A stretch of 64,000 nucleotides of DNA from Paraspadella gotoi. Taxonomy: Eukaryota > Animalia > Chaetognatha. How positions within the stretch are numbered: the first letter of the stretch is position 1; every line of letters begins with the position of its first letter. The position numbers were made by a program, and so were the translations under genes. The notes under the pieces were generated by a model that had not been told where the DNA came from, made no database searches, and saw nothing but the letters and a program-made list of their open reading frames with translations. This document shows positions 24,956 to 39,917 of this stretch, one piece after another. The stretch spans positions 4,303,392 to 4,367,391 of the forward strand of contig CM119264.1 in NCBI GenBank assembly GCA_051294375.1, read 5' to 3'.

Positions 24956-27329
24956 CCTCGACGCACTGACCCATCTTTCCTTTTGATTTTCTTTCACACA
25001 ATTTTTTTCTTTCATTTCTTTTGATTCTCTTTTCTTTTCTTTTTTTCACATCTCAAGTCTCAACTATTTTCACACTTCGTTTTTTCTTATCTTTTATTTA
25101 ATTCTTTTGGGTTTCGAAAACTAACCACTTTTAATGTTGTTTGTTGGTGTACATAGTCGTGTAGTTTATGAATAATATTTTTAAATTGATTTTAGGCATT
25201 TCAATGAGTTTCTTTTAAAACCTAAAAAAAAAATTTCATAGAAAAAATCTTGTGTAAGACAAAAAGCAACAAAAAAAATCCAAAAATAGCTATCCTTGGA
25301 GACTATAAAACACCTTAGGTTAGAAATTGTTACAACCAATTTTAAAATCATCCGATTCATCCATTCATTCAATATCTTGCTGCTATCTTACCTCATTCCT
25401 AACATCCAGCAAGTTTTCAATCAAGACTCTTTCACGGCCAAGTTTATTATCTACCACAGAACCTGGCTTGCCTTTCAATGAGATGGGATCTCTCAGGGCT
25501 AAAAAAAAGGTCTCTTAGGGGTCCCCCCTCTACATGATGGGTTTCAGTTTTCCTGGACACCAGGGGGCGAGCATCCTTCCCTACCACTTCTTACCCCTTC
25601 TTTATCGCGCCCTCTTTCAACCCACATTTCACCCCTTCGACCGTCCCTGGCCATAACTTGATCCTGTGAGATGAACATCATTTTTATGCAATCGTAAAAT
25701 TGAGCCGCCGTAAAATTCTTGGGCGACCGAGAAAAGGGCGACTCTCGTAAAAAGGAGAAAAGGAGAGAAGGGGGGGAGGAAGGGGNNNNNNNNNNNNNNN
25801 NNNNNNNNNNNNNNNNNNNNNNNNNNNNNNNNNNNNNNNNNNNNNNNNNNNNNNNNNNNNNNNNNNNNNNNNNNNNNNNNNNNNNNNNNNNNNNNNNNNN
25901 NNNNNNNNNNNNNNNNNNNNNNNNNNNNNNNNNNNNNNNNNNNNNNNNNNNNNNNNNNNNNNNNNNNNNNNNNNNNNNNNNNNNNNNNNNNNNNNNNNNN
26001 NNNNNNNNNNNNNNNNNNNNNNNNNNNNNNNNNNNNNNNNNNNNNNNNNNNNNNNNNNNNNNNNNNNNNNNNNNNNNNNNNNNNNNNNNNNNNNNNNNNN
26101 NNNNNNNNNNNNNNNNNNNNNNNNNNNNNNNNNNNNNNNNNNNNNNNNNNNNNNNNNNNNNNNNNNNNNNNNNNNNNNNNNCGCTTTCTTTCAATGCCAT
26201 CGGATCATCGAGTCCCTCGTGAGGGGACTCGTTGGAAAATCACTGACCCGCTCGGCCGTCGTGAAAGAGTGAAGACTGAAGAGGCGGTCACGGTCGGCAA
26301 AGAGGGAGACATTTGTGAAGAGGCGCTCAAGGACGGGCAAAAGGAAAATCTTTGTGAAGAGTGAAGAGTTTGCATTGTTTCGGTTGTCCAAAAGAACATT
26401 ATTTGTAAGGAGGCCAGTTATGGATGGGCTTGAGGGTGACCTTTAGGAATCCAACCGATCTACTGACCGACCAAATGCCCGACTCCCAGATCGCCCGACT
26501 GTCTCGTCTATTCTATCTCACGGATTCTCTTTTATTTTTTTTTTCTCTCGCTCTTTCTCTCTCTCCCTCTTTTGTCTTCGATGTGAGTGAAAAGAAAAAC
26601 TTTACAGCCTCAGTTTTCTCCCACTCTCTCTNNNNNNNNNNNNNNNNNNNNNNNNNNNNNNNNNNNNNNNNNNNNNNNNNNNNNNNNNNNNNNNNNNNNN
26701 NNNNNNNNNNNNNNNNNNNNNNNNNNNNNNNNNNNNNNNNNNNNNNNNNNNNNNNNNNNNNNNNNNNNNNNNNNNNNNNNNNNNNNNNNNNNNNNNNNNN
26801 NNNNNNNNNNNNNNNNNNNNNNNNNNNNNNNNNNNNNNNNNNNNNNNNNNNNNNNNNNNNNNNNNNNNNNNNNNNNTTCGTCGTCGTCTTCGTCGTCGTT
26901 CTGGCGTCGTCGTAGTCAGCATAAGTTAGCACCGACGTCGCTATTGTAGTTGTTGTCGTCGTTGTCGTCATTAAAAAGTCGTCGTCGTGTTTAACTGGGA
27001 AAATCGTAATCCTGGTTTCAATCTCGCTCATTGTAGTCGTCGTCGTCATCGTCGTCGGCACAGTCTTCGGGGTTAGTTGAAGTTAGACTAATTGACTTTG
27101 TTGTCAATTAGTCAATTAGTCAATTAGATGATCGATGGACTCAATTACATTAATCGCCATAATCGTAATCATCATTATCATCATCATCCTTATACTTCAT
27201 CATCATTAATATTAATTTATTACATCATTGTTTGTCAGACCCAAGACTCGCTTCTGTCAGGCTATATAGGGAATTGCAATCACTCGTTGTCTTTACTGTA
27301 TTTTCGTTGTAGTGATCTTCGTTCTTATC

Positions 27330-27767
27330 TTCATCGTCATCGTCATCGTTGTCGTCATGGTCGTCGTTGTCTTTGTCGTCGTCGTCATCGTCGTCGTCAT
27401 AGTGGTCGTTGTCTTTGTCGTCATAGTCATCATAGTTGTTGTCATAGTCGTCGTCATCGTCATCATTGTCGTCATAGTCGTGGACATCGTTGTCGTCATA
27501 GTCGTCGTTGTCTTTGTCGTCATAGTCGTCGTCATCGTCATCGTTGTCGTCATAGTCGTCGTTGTCTTTGTCGTCATAGTCGTCGTCATCGTCATCGTTG
27601 TCGTCATAGTTGTCGTTGTCTTTGTCATCGTCGTTGTATTTGTCGTCGTAGTCGTCGTCATCGTCATCGTTGTCGTCATAGTCGTCGTTGTCTTTGTCGT
27701 CATAGTCGTCGTCATCGTTGTCATCATAGTCGTCGTTGTCTTTGTCGTCGTCGTCATCGTCGTCGTC
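27330..27767. repeat. Triplet-derived (GTC/ATC/GTT) minisatellite with higher-order unit
   Basis: Recurring gtcatagtcgtcgttgtctttgtc...gtcatcgtcatcgttgtc; the source of spurious poly-V/T/RH ORFs. Confidence 0.9.
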
Positions 27768-28038
27768 CCGCGTTGGCGTTTATTTTCGCGCGTTTCTGTC
27801 GCCACGGATTTTTTTATCTTTTCTTTTTTTCCTTTTATCTTTTGTTCCTTTTTTATTTCGCCTCTCGAGTCGCTGATGGGATGTAATAATATCTTATTGT
27901 TGCAGCTTTTCTCGGTTTTTCCTTCTTCCNNNNNNNNNNNNNNNNNNNNNNNNNNNNNNNNNNNNNNNNNNNNNNNNNNATTTCGTAATCAGCGACACAA
28001 TTGTTCTCTCTCTGTCCAACGTGTTCTGTCAAGTCTCT

Positions 28039-28103
<65 letters not shown>

Positions 28104-28721
28104 ACTCTCGTCTGCCGCTGCACTTGACCAGGACTGCCTCGAGTTCCACCTTTTGAAATTTTCTTAAATATTCATCTCCAATGATTTTACATCAAATCAT
28201 TCTCCCTTTTTTTCCCTCTCGATCATGCAGCTCCCTCTTTCACCGTCCTGGTAGGTTGTACTGACTGCTTGCCCTTTTGTTATTTCGTTTTTAACCTTTT
28301 TCGTCATTTGAAATCAATTAAAGTTAGGAATTAAAATTGCAAAGGTCGAATTATGCTTCATCTTAAGGTGTATGACGATTACGTCATTTCTAAGTTAAGT
28401 TGAGTCTTTAATAATATCAGTTACAACTTCTGCGTATGTATTCTTTACTGGAATTCATGTCGTTCATTTAAAATTAGTCCTGCAATTGGCTTAATGTCAC
28501 TGTTAGTATAATTTCAATATACTTTTGGGTTATTGTGTTATTGCGTCATCACTATGTCATCATTGGGTCTATGTCACATTTCATTGTCCGGAGAGTCTCC
28601 ACACTTTTCACACTCGGCGATGTAAAAAAACGGTCGCCTTGTCTCGTGATAAAAACCATTTTATGAGATTTTACGAAAAGGGATGGTTATGTGAGTGGGA
28701 AATGTGTGTCTTCCAGTTCGT

Positions 28722-28760
<39 letters not shown>

Positions 28761-29145
28761 GAGATGAGAGAGAGAGCAGGATGAGAGGAACGACACGAGA
28801 GATAAGAGGAGAGAGGGGAGCAGAGAGATAGAGAAGTGGGGCACTCAGATTCCAAACGAAGCGAATAGAAACAGAAGCAGAAGATGTACCTCATGAAAAA
28901 CAAATGAAGGTAAAGCAGACGAAGGCCGCATACAGAGATGGGGCAATAGGGAAGAGAGACAAGACGAGAGAGAGGAGAGGAGAGAGAGAGAGAGAGAGAG
29001 AGAGTGAGATGAGAGAGAGAGAGACGAGAGAGTAGATTGAGATGATGAGATGATGAGATGGAGAGAGAGAAATTTTTCGCTCGAAGGAAGATGCAAAGAT
29101 TGATCTTGACACCTGCGAAGAAAAATCCCTTTTTTCCGGCGTCGT

Positions 29146-29228
29146 TGGCACCCCTTTGCTTGGCGCCCCTTTGCTTGGCGCCCCTTTGCTTGGCGCCCTT
29201 ATGCCTGGGTCCCTTCTGCTTGGCGCCT
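29146..29228. repeat. 15-bp tandem repeat (cccctttgcttggcg) x ~5
   Basis: Directly visible. Confidence 0.9.
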
Positions 29229-30007
29229 CTTTAACTTCGCCTTTTTTCTTGGCGGCCCTCTGCTTGGCACTTCCTTGATTGCGCCACGTTCTTCAGCACC
29301 CCTTCCTTTAAGGCTCCTCTAGAAAATCTTTTGTATTTTCTATCCCTGCGGGGTCGCGCGTTCGAGGCGTCGGCCGTCGGATGAACAGATTTTGACAAGG
29401 AGCAAGGATTTCGTAGTATCTTACTCTTGAAGCGTGAAGAAAACGTCGAAACGTCGAAAAATACATTGTGAATTATTTGTATTTTCGTAGCCATAAATCG
29501 AAGGCAAATCAATGAAATGTCGAATAAATGTTTGTAATAAATCCTTGGAATCCGTAAAAACTATGGTTCCGGACGGCCGATCTTTTCTGTAAAAATTATT
29601 CTGATCGAATAACAAGTTTCATGGTCTCTTAACAAAAAGAAGGCTACGAGAAAGCCACTAGAAAGCCGAAAAGATAAGGTCAAATGACTAAAAAAGACTG
29701 GCCGGACGCGAGGTAACAAAATATCTTTCAGCTCCTGTGCATGGCTCCTATTGTATTCCTTTGCTTTTTATTTTCATACAAATTTTAACGAAATCAAATT
29801 AAATGAATTTCTGTTTCATATCGACCTTGAAGGCCAATGAGTGCCATGTCAATTCTACTCTTCGAGGGCGTGTCATGCCATGCCCTGAACCCATGCCTCC
29901 ATGTCAGACGTTGGCGCCAAACTTCAAAGAAGGGCGACGTTCTCTCAACGCCTCATTTCTTTTCGTTAAAATCGTTCTTTCTTTCTTTCTTTCTTTCTCT
30001 CTTTCTT

Positions 30008-30038
<31 letters not shown>

Positions 30039-30631
30039 ATCTTTCTTTCTTTTTTTTCTTTCTCTCTATCGTTCTTTCTAATCTTATCGATAAATTCATC
30101 TTTTCCGTGAATGAGCTTTTCACTTCATCTCCATAGTTTCGTTCGACTCTGATCTCACCTTTTTTCCTTCTCTCGTCGTCTCTCCTTTTTATTCTTTTCT
30201 TCTTTCTTTCCTCCTTTCTCCTTTCCACTTCCTTTGTCCTTCCTTCCTTTCACATTTTTTTTCCACCTACCGTTTCTCCTCCTCTTAATTAATATTTAAT
30301 AATTAATATTAATTAATAATATAATGAAATAGTTTTTTCTCTTCTACTTCCTCCGGCTACCCATCGTAGAACATTCGTCTCAGTTATCAAGTTATCACCT
30401 GCCGCCTGGAAAATATCGAGTTCGATCCCCACAGCTACCTAAATATTGAGATCGATCCCCACAGTAACTACTACAGTTCCTAGAATTAAATGCATATAAT
30501 TCTCAGAATTTCGTTACCTGAATTACGGAATTGAACTTGAAAATTCCGACTGCTGTCGCTGCGTCGGCTTGCGGCGGCGGCTGCGAGACCAAAAGCTAAC
30601 AACACTTTTACCTTTCCTCTCTCTCTCTCTC

Positions 30632-30709
<78 letters not shown>

Positions 30710-31726
30710 CCTTCTCCGTTTTCTTTTTTATGCGATGCTTTGCCTGACGCGCGGAATGCTACTTAGTTTTTCGTTCCATGGGTACTTTGCTTTTGGGGTC
30801 GCGGATGAAAAAGGCAGCGGGACGCTCGTCTGTTATTCCGCATTATTTTTAGCGCTCACCCGGGAAAGGAAAGGAAAAGTTTTTTTTCTTTCTTTTCGAC
30901 GATTCGGGTTTTTTTTTTTTTTTTTTTTTTTCGTGCGACACGTTTCCTTTGAAATTTATCCTTTTCTACGGCTATTAGTTTTTAGTAATGTCGTTGTAAA
31001 GACAGAGAGAGATGGAGAGAGAGACGGAGAAAGAGAACGATAGAGAGAGAGATGGAGAAAAGGAAGGAGAAAAGAGAGACATTCAAACAGAGTGACTAAC
31101 AAATAAGCAGAGAATTAATTGCAACAATATTAATCAACAAAACAATCAATCAATCAACAAAACAATCATTCAACTAATCAAGCGATAAACTTTTATATAA
31201 TTGTCTAAACACAACGAAAAAAGTTCTCATTGTCGTTGTTGTTGTCGTCGTTGTCGACGTCCACCTCATAGCGACCATCTGGCCATCCCGAGGCCAACAA
31301 CAACAACAACAACAACTCGAACCTGACCCCGAACGTCTGGGCCCCGTGAAGGAGGAGCAGAAGCTGACCCGAATTGCTTGACCCAAACGGGGCGACCCTT
31401 TAGGCGGGGAATGTGGGACGAGATTTGGAAGGTAAGGAATGAGATGGCGGGAAACTTGCTCATTGGAGGGTGAGAATTAACCCGAAAATATGATTGCCCA
31501 GTAGTAAAAGCCTGGTACGGTAATTTTGAATTTTGATTGGCTCATTAATTTTCAGATGCGAAATGAAGAGGAGAAAGAATCTAAGAGCGTCGAATGGCGT
31601 TATTGGCGTCAATGCGCCATTGGCTCGATTGCGCCACGGTCTAACGACGGCATGGGAATATTGGCGTCGACGCTTGGCGTCAAACTTTAGTTGCGAACCC
31701 GAAGAGTTGGTTTTAGGTCGAGCGGT

Positions 31727-31812
<86 letters not shown>

Positions 31813-33149
31813 CAATTTTACGAATGATTTTCACTAGCGAATACTGCGTATTTTTAAAATTATTACATATTATTAATTATTTATAAAGTTAATGTTTTTG
31901 TCGAGAATGAACGAGAAAACATTCACACTCTTGACAAAGGCTAGTACTCGTTCGCTATCATTTTTTTTTACTCTGCCGTTTTTGTTTGTTCTCATCGTCG
32001 TCGTCATCGTCGTCGTCGTCGTCGGCGTCGTCGTCTTGTTGTTGTTGTTTATGTCAACTGCGTCGTTGTTGACTTTTCCAATTACGTGACTGGTCTCTTG
32101 CTGTTTTCGCTAGTGGAGATTTTAACAGCGGGAAAGTCTAATTGAAAATTTTTTAGAGTATTTTAAGTTTAATTATAGTAAAGTATAAACATGTGTTAAT
32201 ACTTTCTAAATATAATTTTAAAACAAAAATCATTTTTCTTTGGCAATACAGAAACAAAACAAAAACAAGAAAACAGAAAAACCAAATTCGTTGAAACGAA
32301 GTCTTTCGCGCAGAAGCAGCTGATCTCAACTCAATGAAGATATACATAATAGACATAATAGACATATAAGTGGGGAAAGTTCATGTTTACTTTCAACGTC
32401 GACGTCTTTGCAGGACAGCTACAACCAAAGCATTTACTACAACAACAACAACAACAACGACAACGACGTCGATTCCCAAGATTCCGAAGTATGTTTACGT
32501 TTTTATTGCTTCCAACAGGAAAACATTGCATTTCTACACAAAAGATGCGTGGAGATCTTTCGCCGCAAGAAGCTTTCATTTTCATCCGCGTTGCCTTCGA
32601 CATTATTCATTATTTGCTTCAGAATTTTGTAGTTTACTGAGTCTCGCTCATTAAATTTTATTAGCTGCGCATAATTCGCTTCTCCTTAATCTCGAAGCTT
32701 AATTGACTAGTGCCTGGACGTTTTCCGCTTGCTAACTTTGAATTTCATCAATCTAAATAATGTAGATCGAACGTATAAACGATTGGCCTTATGTCGTTTT
32801 CTTCACACTGTTTTTATTGCTGCCCGTTCGAAGTCCATCGTCGTTTTCTTAACGAATCGGCCAGCTCATTCCCATTGCGACGGGAAAGGTGATCTCGAGG
32901 TGACCCATTTAACAGCCTTCCGTATCTTGACATCCAGGCGGATCTTTTGAATTTTGGATATTGTCATGTCGCTAACCGATATTTCATAAATTCAACTAGA
33001 AAATCTCTTTCCTTCTTATACCTTTTAATTTCCCCTTCCACAAACGTTCCAACCTCTACCGCCCCCCTTATTCTCCCCCCCCCGCCCCCCCTTTTCCAAT
33101 TCCATCGGCGAAATTAAAATTATTGCGGTTCGGATTCTCTGCCAACTCA

Positions 33150-33260
33150 GAAGTTCGTCCCTCGCGTCGCCGCTAGAGGCGCAGAGCGGAAGTGACGCAG
33201 GCGACGTACGGAACGTAAGTGAGGTTGGGCGCACGCCGGCGCCGGATAAACGGACCGAAC
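33150..33260 (+). promoter_or_regulatory. Candidate CpG-rich promoter or first exon with ETS-CRE composite motif
   Basis: GCGGAAGTGACGCA at 33186-33199 in a local CpG-rich patch, followed by a gtaagt donor-like site at 33215. Confidence 0.35.
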
Positions 33261-33290
33261 TCTGCTGGCGTGGGGGACGACGCCGCGCGA

Positions 33291-33328
<38 letters not shown>

Positions 33329-34612
33329 CTTCTTTAAAAGTCGACCACCCTGATCGACTTTCAACTCTGTACGACTGACCCGTTTGATCTCGGTGACCTG
33401 ATTGACCTCTGCGTCTCTGTCTCTGTCGTCTTTTAACTTTTAAATACTTTGTTTCTACAATAAATAACAATCAAAAAATTAAATGCTCACATAAGTCTAG
33501 TACATGCCTCGTATTTAATCTATGGCGATGATTAGTGCACGGATGTATTACACATTCTACATTCTAAATTTTACAAACAGAGGGATTTTAAATCAAATCT
33601 AAAAGCTAAATATAAATTTAAATCTAATTCCGAATATAAATGTAAATTTAAATCTCGCAACAATTACTCGGTTTCTCGATATATTGCCGCGTATACATTA
33701 CCGGCGAAGCAGCGAAGCAGCGAAGCTCCTCCTTTGGCAAAGGGAAGGATATTTATTGCCTTAAAAGTTAAGTTAAAACCCTTTATATCGAAGCCGGTGC
33801 CCGGAAGATGACGACGACGACGACGACGACGACGACAACGACAATGACGACGATGAGAAAGATGACGACGACAAACACGAGTATTATGATGACGAAGATT
33901 ACGACGACCATGTCAAATGAAAATGAGGAAGACTATGATGACAAAGATGACGATGGTGATAAATATGACGACGATGACGACGACAACGACGAGTAAGAAG
34001 ACAAGGACAAAGATAACAACCAAAAGAAAAACGTCAAGGATGACGATGGCAATGACAAAGATGACGACGATGACAAAGATGACGACGATGACAAAGATGA
34101 ATACGACGAAGACGACGATCATATCGAGTACGAACGACGACGAAGATGAAGACGACAAAGACGACGAAGACAGCAACGAGTGCTAAAAGCAAAATCTGGG
34201 TAAGAATTGGATGAAAATGGAAACGATTTCTGCCTTTGCGCCGGCGCGGTATGCGCTCTCAGAGAAAAACGCTCTCAGGAGATTCTAAACTCGCAGAAAA
34301 ACACTATCAGGAGATTCGGACGAGCAGAATTCACTCTCGATGATAGCGCTCGCAGTACATTTCGCTGATGTTCTGATCTACTCTCAACAAAGATCTACAA
34401 AGTGCAATGGAGTGCAGAGCCGTTTGGTTTCGTCCACCATATGCAATTGAAGGTCGGAGTCAATGTTGAGGTGAAGAAATTGCAGATAGACGAGTTGTGT
34501 GGAAGAATGAGAGCAATTAGGGTTCTTGCAGTATCTTGCAGTATCTTGCAGACAACGATGATTATGACGACGATGACTAAAACGATAAATGCGACGATGA
34601 CGAGGGTAAGTA

Positions 34613-34813
34613 TGACCAATTGACCAATGACCAATTGACCAATGACCAATAGACCAATTGACCAATTGACCAATTTGACCATAAATTGACCAATGATCGA
34701 TGACCAATGACCATTGATCGAATGACCAATGACCATTGCCAATTGAATGACCAAAGTATACCATGACCAATGGACAATAACAAGACAATTGACCAATGAC
34801 CAATTGACCAATT
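34613..34813. repeat. (TGACCAA/TGACCAAT)n degenerate satellite
   Basis: Directly visible. Confidence 0.9.
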
Positions 34814-35109
34814 GATGATAGCGAAGTCAAGAATCATGAAATTGTCGTAAATGACGACTATGATGATGACGAGGACGACAACAACCACGACGACGACGAC
34901 GAACGCGACGGACGCACGACTTTGAAAACTGCCTTCTTGACTATAACAACGGGAGGTCGTAAAAGGTTGGCGAAAGTTTCCGTGGTTTTTTTTTTTTTTT
35001 TTTTGCCTAATTTTTTTTTCTTCGCTTTCGAGTTATCGAAAACTGTTCGAGTTCAGGACCCAAGAAGCTCAATAGCGAAGGAAGCTTCTGCAATATCTTC
35101 TTCTTCGCT

Positions 35110-35174
<65 letters not shown>

Positions 35175-36609
35175 TCGAGGCGTCGTTATTTCCTTTTTCT
35201 TTATAGACACTTTTCTCTTACTTTTTAGTCTTCGTTTTTGAAAATATAATAAAGATTGTGAATTTTAAATCAACGTATTAAAAAAATTTAATCTACCTCC
35301 CGGAGAGTTTAAGTTAGTATGATCTTAAAATTATTAATTATGAACGATTCGATTTTAATCGTAGGTAATTATAAAAACACTTTCCTTGTCATCTTATTTA
35401 TCCGATTTGACAAAAATCAAGTTCACGACACAGTTGCTCTGTCAATATTAAGGCGGAAAGCGTCATTGTTAGTTGTCAACATTATATGTCAGTTAAATCT
35501 GTTTTTCCTTTTTAGAGATATCGTCGTCGTCGTCGTTGTCGTCGTCTTTTTTCTCGTTTCCTTGTTTGTTCTTAACTCGGTTATAGTTTCTTCCGCCATT
35601 TTGAGTTTTGTTTTTCATCGTTTCTGAGTTTGATGAGTTTTTTTCACGAGTTTCGTCAGAACTTAGTTTCACTGTGAGAGTTGAGCTTTGACTTTTTGTC
35701 GCCTTTTTTCACAGAAGCAAAGTCCAGACTATTAAATTTATGCACATTACCGGTTGTCTGTAACTGTAACTCTCTATGAAATTGTTATAATCAATATAAT
35801 TACAAACTAATTACAAATTAACTCCATGATTACCTCTATATGAAGTGGTATATTTTTTGATCGGTTTTAATTGTATAAAAGTACCACTCTTGAGCATTTT
35901 AGATCGGGGAATACAATATTGTACTCCGCAACATCATTAAAATACAAGGAGCTGACTTTTATGAAATTGATGCAACCAATTTAAAATTAGATTCGTTTTT
36001 GTCCGTCGCAGTTTTCGTCATTGAAACTCAAATCTCTTTCTGTTTCTCTCTATGTCGCGGTATTTTTATTTTCTTCTCACTTCCCCATATTCCCTTTCCC
36101 TCTCACTACCGTCCCACATCTCCCTCCATCCGTCGTGAACAACCTTTCACGCGGCCTCACGCAGCCTCACTCGCTGTGACTCTCTCACTAACGTCATTTT
36201 CAGGAGGACCATTCGTCCAAACACGTGAATTCTCACCGAAGGAGTCACAGACCAAACAAGACGTCGTCCAAGAAAAATCCCACATCAAATGGAACACCTT
36301 TGGTGACTGAGTTACTGTCTCGGCTCTTGTCAGTATCATCCTATCACAATCTTAAATGACAGGTTTAGGTTGTCAGTTAAAGATAAATTTATATGAACAA
36401 GAGAGACAAAAAAGAAAAACAAAGAATAAANNNNNNNNNNNNNNNNNNNNNNNNNCAAAGCAATAAATGACTGGAAAAAAACACCATTGGCATGATAACA
36501 AATTTTTGAATTGAATTCTAAAATCTCTAATAAAATAAACATACTCCTAAAATCTAGCAGAAAGCAAACCTCCTAGTTCAAAGTAAGAATTAAAAAATAT
36601 TCAAAATCC

Positions 36610-37021
36610 AAATTATTAAGTAAAATCCAAACAATTGCCTAGAAAAAATATAAATCAAACTCGAATAATAGTGAATTGTTACAACAATATCAATATGAAA
36701 TTATTATAAATACAGAAACAATGCATCGAATATCTCACAAAAAAAAAAATTACATTATAATAATACTCGGAACTACGAAAAATGTAATATTGTGACCAAA
36801 TCTCTCTCTCGTTTTGATTCAAGTAATATTAGTAAGTAAAATCCAAACAATTGCCTAAAAAAATGGAAACAAACTCGAATTGAATTATGAAATTGGTACA
36901 ACAATATCAATATGATAATTATATAAATTACAGAAACAAGTCATCGAATATCTCACAATAAAAAAAAATACAATTAAATAATTTTACTCGGAAACTTACG
37001 AAAAATGTAATATTGTGACCA
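36610..37021. repeat. Two-copy ~190-bp tandem duplication
   Basis: taagtaaaatccaaacaattgcct...gtaatattgtgaccaa occurs at ~36617-36800 and ~36833-37022. Confidence 0.8.
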
Positions 37022-37809
37022 AGACAATTTAGTTTTGTGAATCAAAATTATTTATTTATTGTCCGCTTCGTTTTATTCCTCACAAGACCACGATGATCAT
37101 GACGACGATGACGACGACGACGACGACGAAGACGACGATGACGACGGCAACACGGATGTCGACCCCCACGCCGCCATCGTACCCTCGTCAACAAGGGCGA
37201 CGATACCGACGACGACGACGACGACGACGACGACGANNNNNNNNNNNNNNNNNNNNNNNNNNNNNNNNNNNNNNNNNNNNNNNNNNNNNNNNNNNNNNNN
37301 NNNNNNNNNNNNNNNNNNNNNNNNNNNNNNNNNNNNNNNNNNNNNNNNNNNNNNNNNNNNNNNNNNNNNNNNNNNNNNNNNNNNNNNNNNNNNNNNNNNN
37401 NNNNNNNNNNNNNNNNNNNNNNNNNNNNNNNNNNNNNNNNNNNNNNNNNNNNNNNAAACGGACGAAGGCAATTTCTCCGCTGACACTGATGTTCTATTGA
37501 TATAAACTCCTTTGTCATCATCGACAACGACGACGGCGCCGACACGAATGACGCCGTCCGACGCCGCCCGACGCCGCGGGCGCCACAACGAAAGATTTAC
37601 AACTGTTTTGACCGCGGACTCAGTTTAGTTCATATTTTCAGCTCCGTTGAACCTCCGTCCCGTTTCCTGGAGTGGGGGAGACGACGATGAAGAAGAAGAG
37701 GAAGAAGAGGAAGAAGACGACGACCACGACGAGGAAAAGGAGGATGATGACGACGACGACGAAGACGATGGAAAAGAGGAAGAAGAAAACAACGACAGCG
37801 ATAAAAAAA

Positions 37810-38445
37810 TAAGATGACGAAGACGACGATGATGACGATGAATAAAACGACGACGACGATGATGATTATGATGAATGATGATGAGTGATGAATGATGCAT
37901 TGATGATAATGTGATGAAGATGAAGACAGACAACGATGAGTAAAACGACGATGATGACGATGAATAAAACGACGAACAAGGATGATCGATGATAATGATT
38001 AGATGATGAGATGGATGATGGATGATGTTGAATAATGAAGATGAAGACGACAACGATGAGTAAAACGACGATGATGACGATCGAATAAAACGACGACAAC
38101 GATGAATGATATAATGATGATGATGATGATGATTTGATATATATGAAGATGAAGACACAACGATGAGTAAAACGACGATGATGACGATGAATAAACGACG
38201 ACACACGATGATGATTGATATGATATGATGATGATGATGATGATGATGATGTTGATGATAATGAAGATGAAGACGAAACCAACGATGAGTAAAACAACGA
38301 TGAATGACGATGAATAAAACGACGACACATATGATGATAAATGATATGATGAATGAATGATGATGATGATGATGATGAGATGTTGATGATAATGAATGAA
38401 GACGACAACGATGAAGTAAAACGACGATGATGACATGACGACGTA
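37810..38445. repeat. (GAT/GAC)-derived minisatellite with ~120-bp higher-order unit
   Basis: Recurring gaagatgaagac..caacgatgagtaaaacgacgatgatgacgatgaataaaacgacgac. Confidence 0.85.
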
Positions 38446-38813
38446 AATTTCAATTTAAATATTGACTGAAATGCAAAAAAAAAAGATAGGAAAATCTCGA
38501 CAAAAGCGGAATGAATTGGTCTTTAAATTTAAAATAATGAAGTTTACAACAATAACAACATTAACGAGGAGATCGTAAAAATGTCGAAAATAACAACAGT
38601 AACGACGCTCGCATCGATGAACACAAATGTTGAAGGAATAATAAAAACGGAGATAATGACGATAAAAAACGATGAGGGGCAGACGAACGACGACGACGAC
38701 GACGAACGACGAACGACCATGACGACAGATGACGCCCATGAATCTAGGACGAAGTTGATGACTAACGCCGACGGAACCGATGATATACGCCCGACAACAA
38801 TAAGACGACGCAC

Positions 38814-38848
<35 letters not shown>

Positions 38849-38975
38849 TCATAGTGAACTGGAATGAAAAAGAGATGAGAGTTGAATCAACCTCGTAGGT
38901 TTACCCCCTTGCGAGGTAATGAGCGGACGGCTTTATGAAAGGGAGAAAGGGAGAGAGAGATTCATGAGAAGAGAG

Positions 38976-39033
<58 letters not shown>

Positions 39034-39520
39034 AGAGCTGGAGAGAGGGGCGAATTAGAGGAAAGTTTTCTTCTCTTTCTTTTTTCTTCCTTTCTCTGTT
39101 AGACTTCATATATTTCTTTACTTTCTTTCTTTCTCTTTCTTGTCTTTCTTTGCTTTCTTTTCTTTCTTTCTTCTTTCTTTCTTTTCCTTTCTTTCTTTCT
39201 CTCTCTCTCTCTCTCTTCTCCCTCTCCTCTCTCTCTCTCTCCCACTCTCTCTCTCTCCTCTCTCTCTCTCTCTCCTCACTCTTTTCTCATCTGTTCATAA
39301 TTCACATCAGAAAGTCTAAAATCGGTCGATTTGTACCAAAGGCGCCTCGGGTCTCCTCGGTCATCTGCTTCTCTCAGCTCATCAGTCCTCCCTCTCTATA
39401 TCTCTCTCTATCTCTCTCTCAATCTCCCTTCGCTCACGATCGAGATCGAGATTGTAAAAATTAATGATTCTCGTAAAATCATAAGTATTTCGATGGCGGC
39501 AGTTCATCTTTTTTCATCTG

Positions 39521-39558
<38 letters not shown>

Positions 39559-39917
39559 CCGAATGAGGGAGGGACGAGCGGAATTTGAATGTGAATCACA
39601 AATCGCAATTTTTTTTCACTTTTTTCTATCACAGAAAAAAAATGAGAAATTTGTAACGTTGTTATTTGCACGATTAATAGGAGCGATCTCTTTTGACGAG
39701 TTAGTATTTTTTCTGACATCCTATGAAATTGTAAAGTTATTTTCCTCTTCACGCCCATGGAAAAATGCGTTTGCCGCGTCGTCCGTTCCTTGCAAGCTTA
39801 ACTTAGTTCTTATCTGAGAATAAAAATTATTCATTTAGAGATCTAAACTACTACACTTCGAACGATAAGTCACAGAGTCGTAATCCTAAATCTTTAATTC
39901 TAGATGCCTACTATGTT

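Noticed and set aside
26182-26420. High-complexity segment with short minus-strand ORFs
   Set aside because: No recognisable motif, and it is bounded by an N gap; cannot be supported.
27128-28127. Long Arg/His/Cys-rich, Thr-rich and Val/Ile-rich ORFs
   Set aside because: Translations of a triplet-derived minisatellite. The same applies to the poly-LS, RE, F/S and K ORFs throughout the window.
30375-30470. tRNA or tRNA-derived SINE (gagttcgatcccc B-box-like, twice)
   Set aside because: No cloverleaf or convincing A-box; only a short two-copy repeat.
31271-31430. Possible plus-strand exon ending in AAG|gtaagg
   Set aside because: All three frames from the nearest acceptor hit stops, and there is no recognisable homology.
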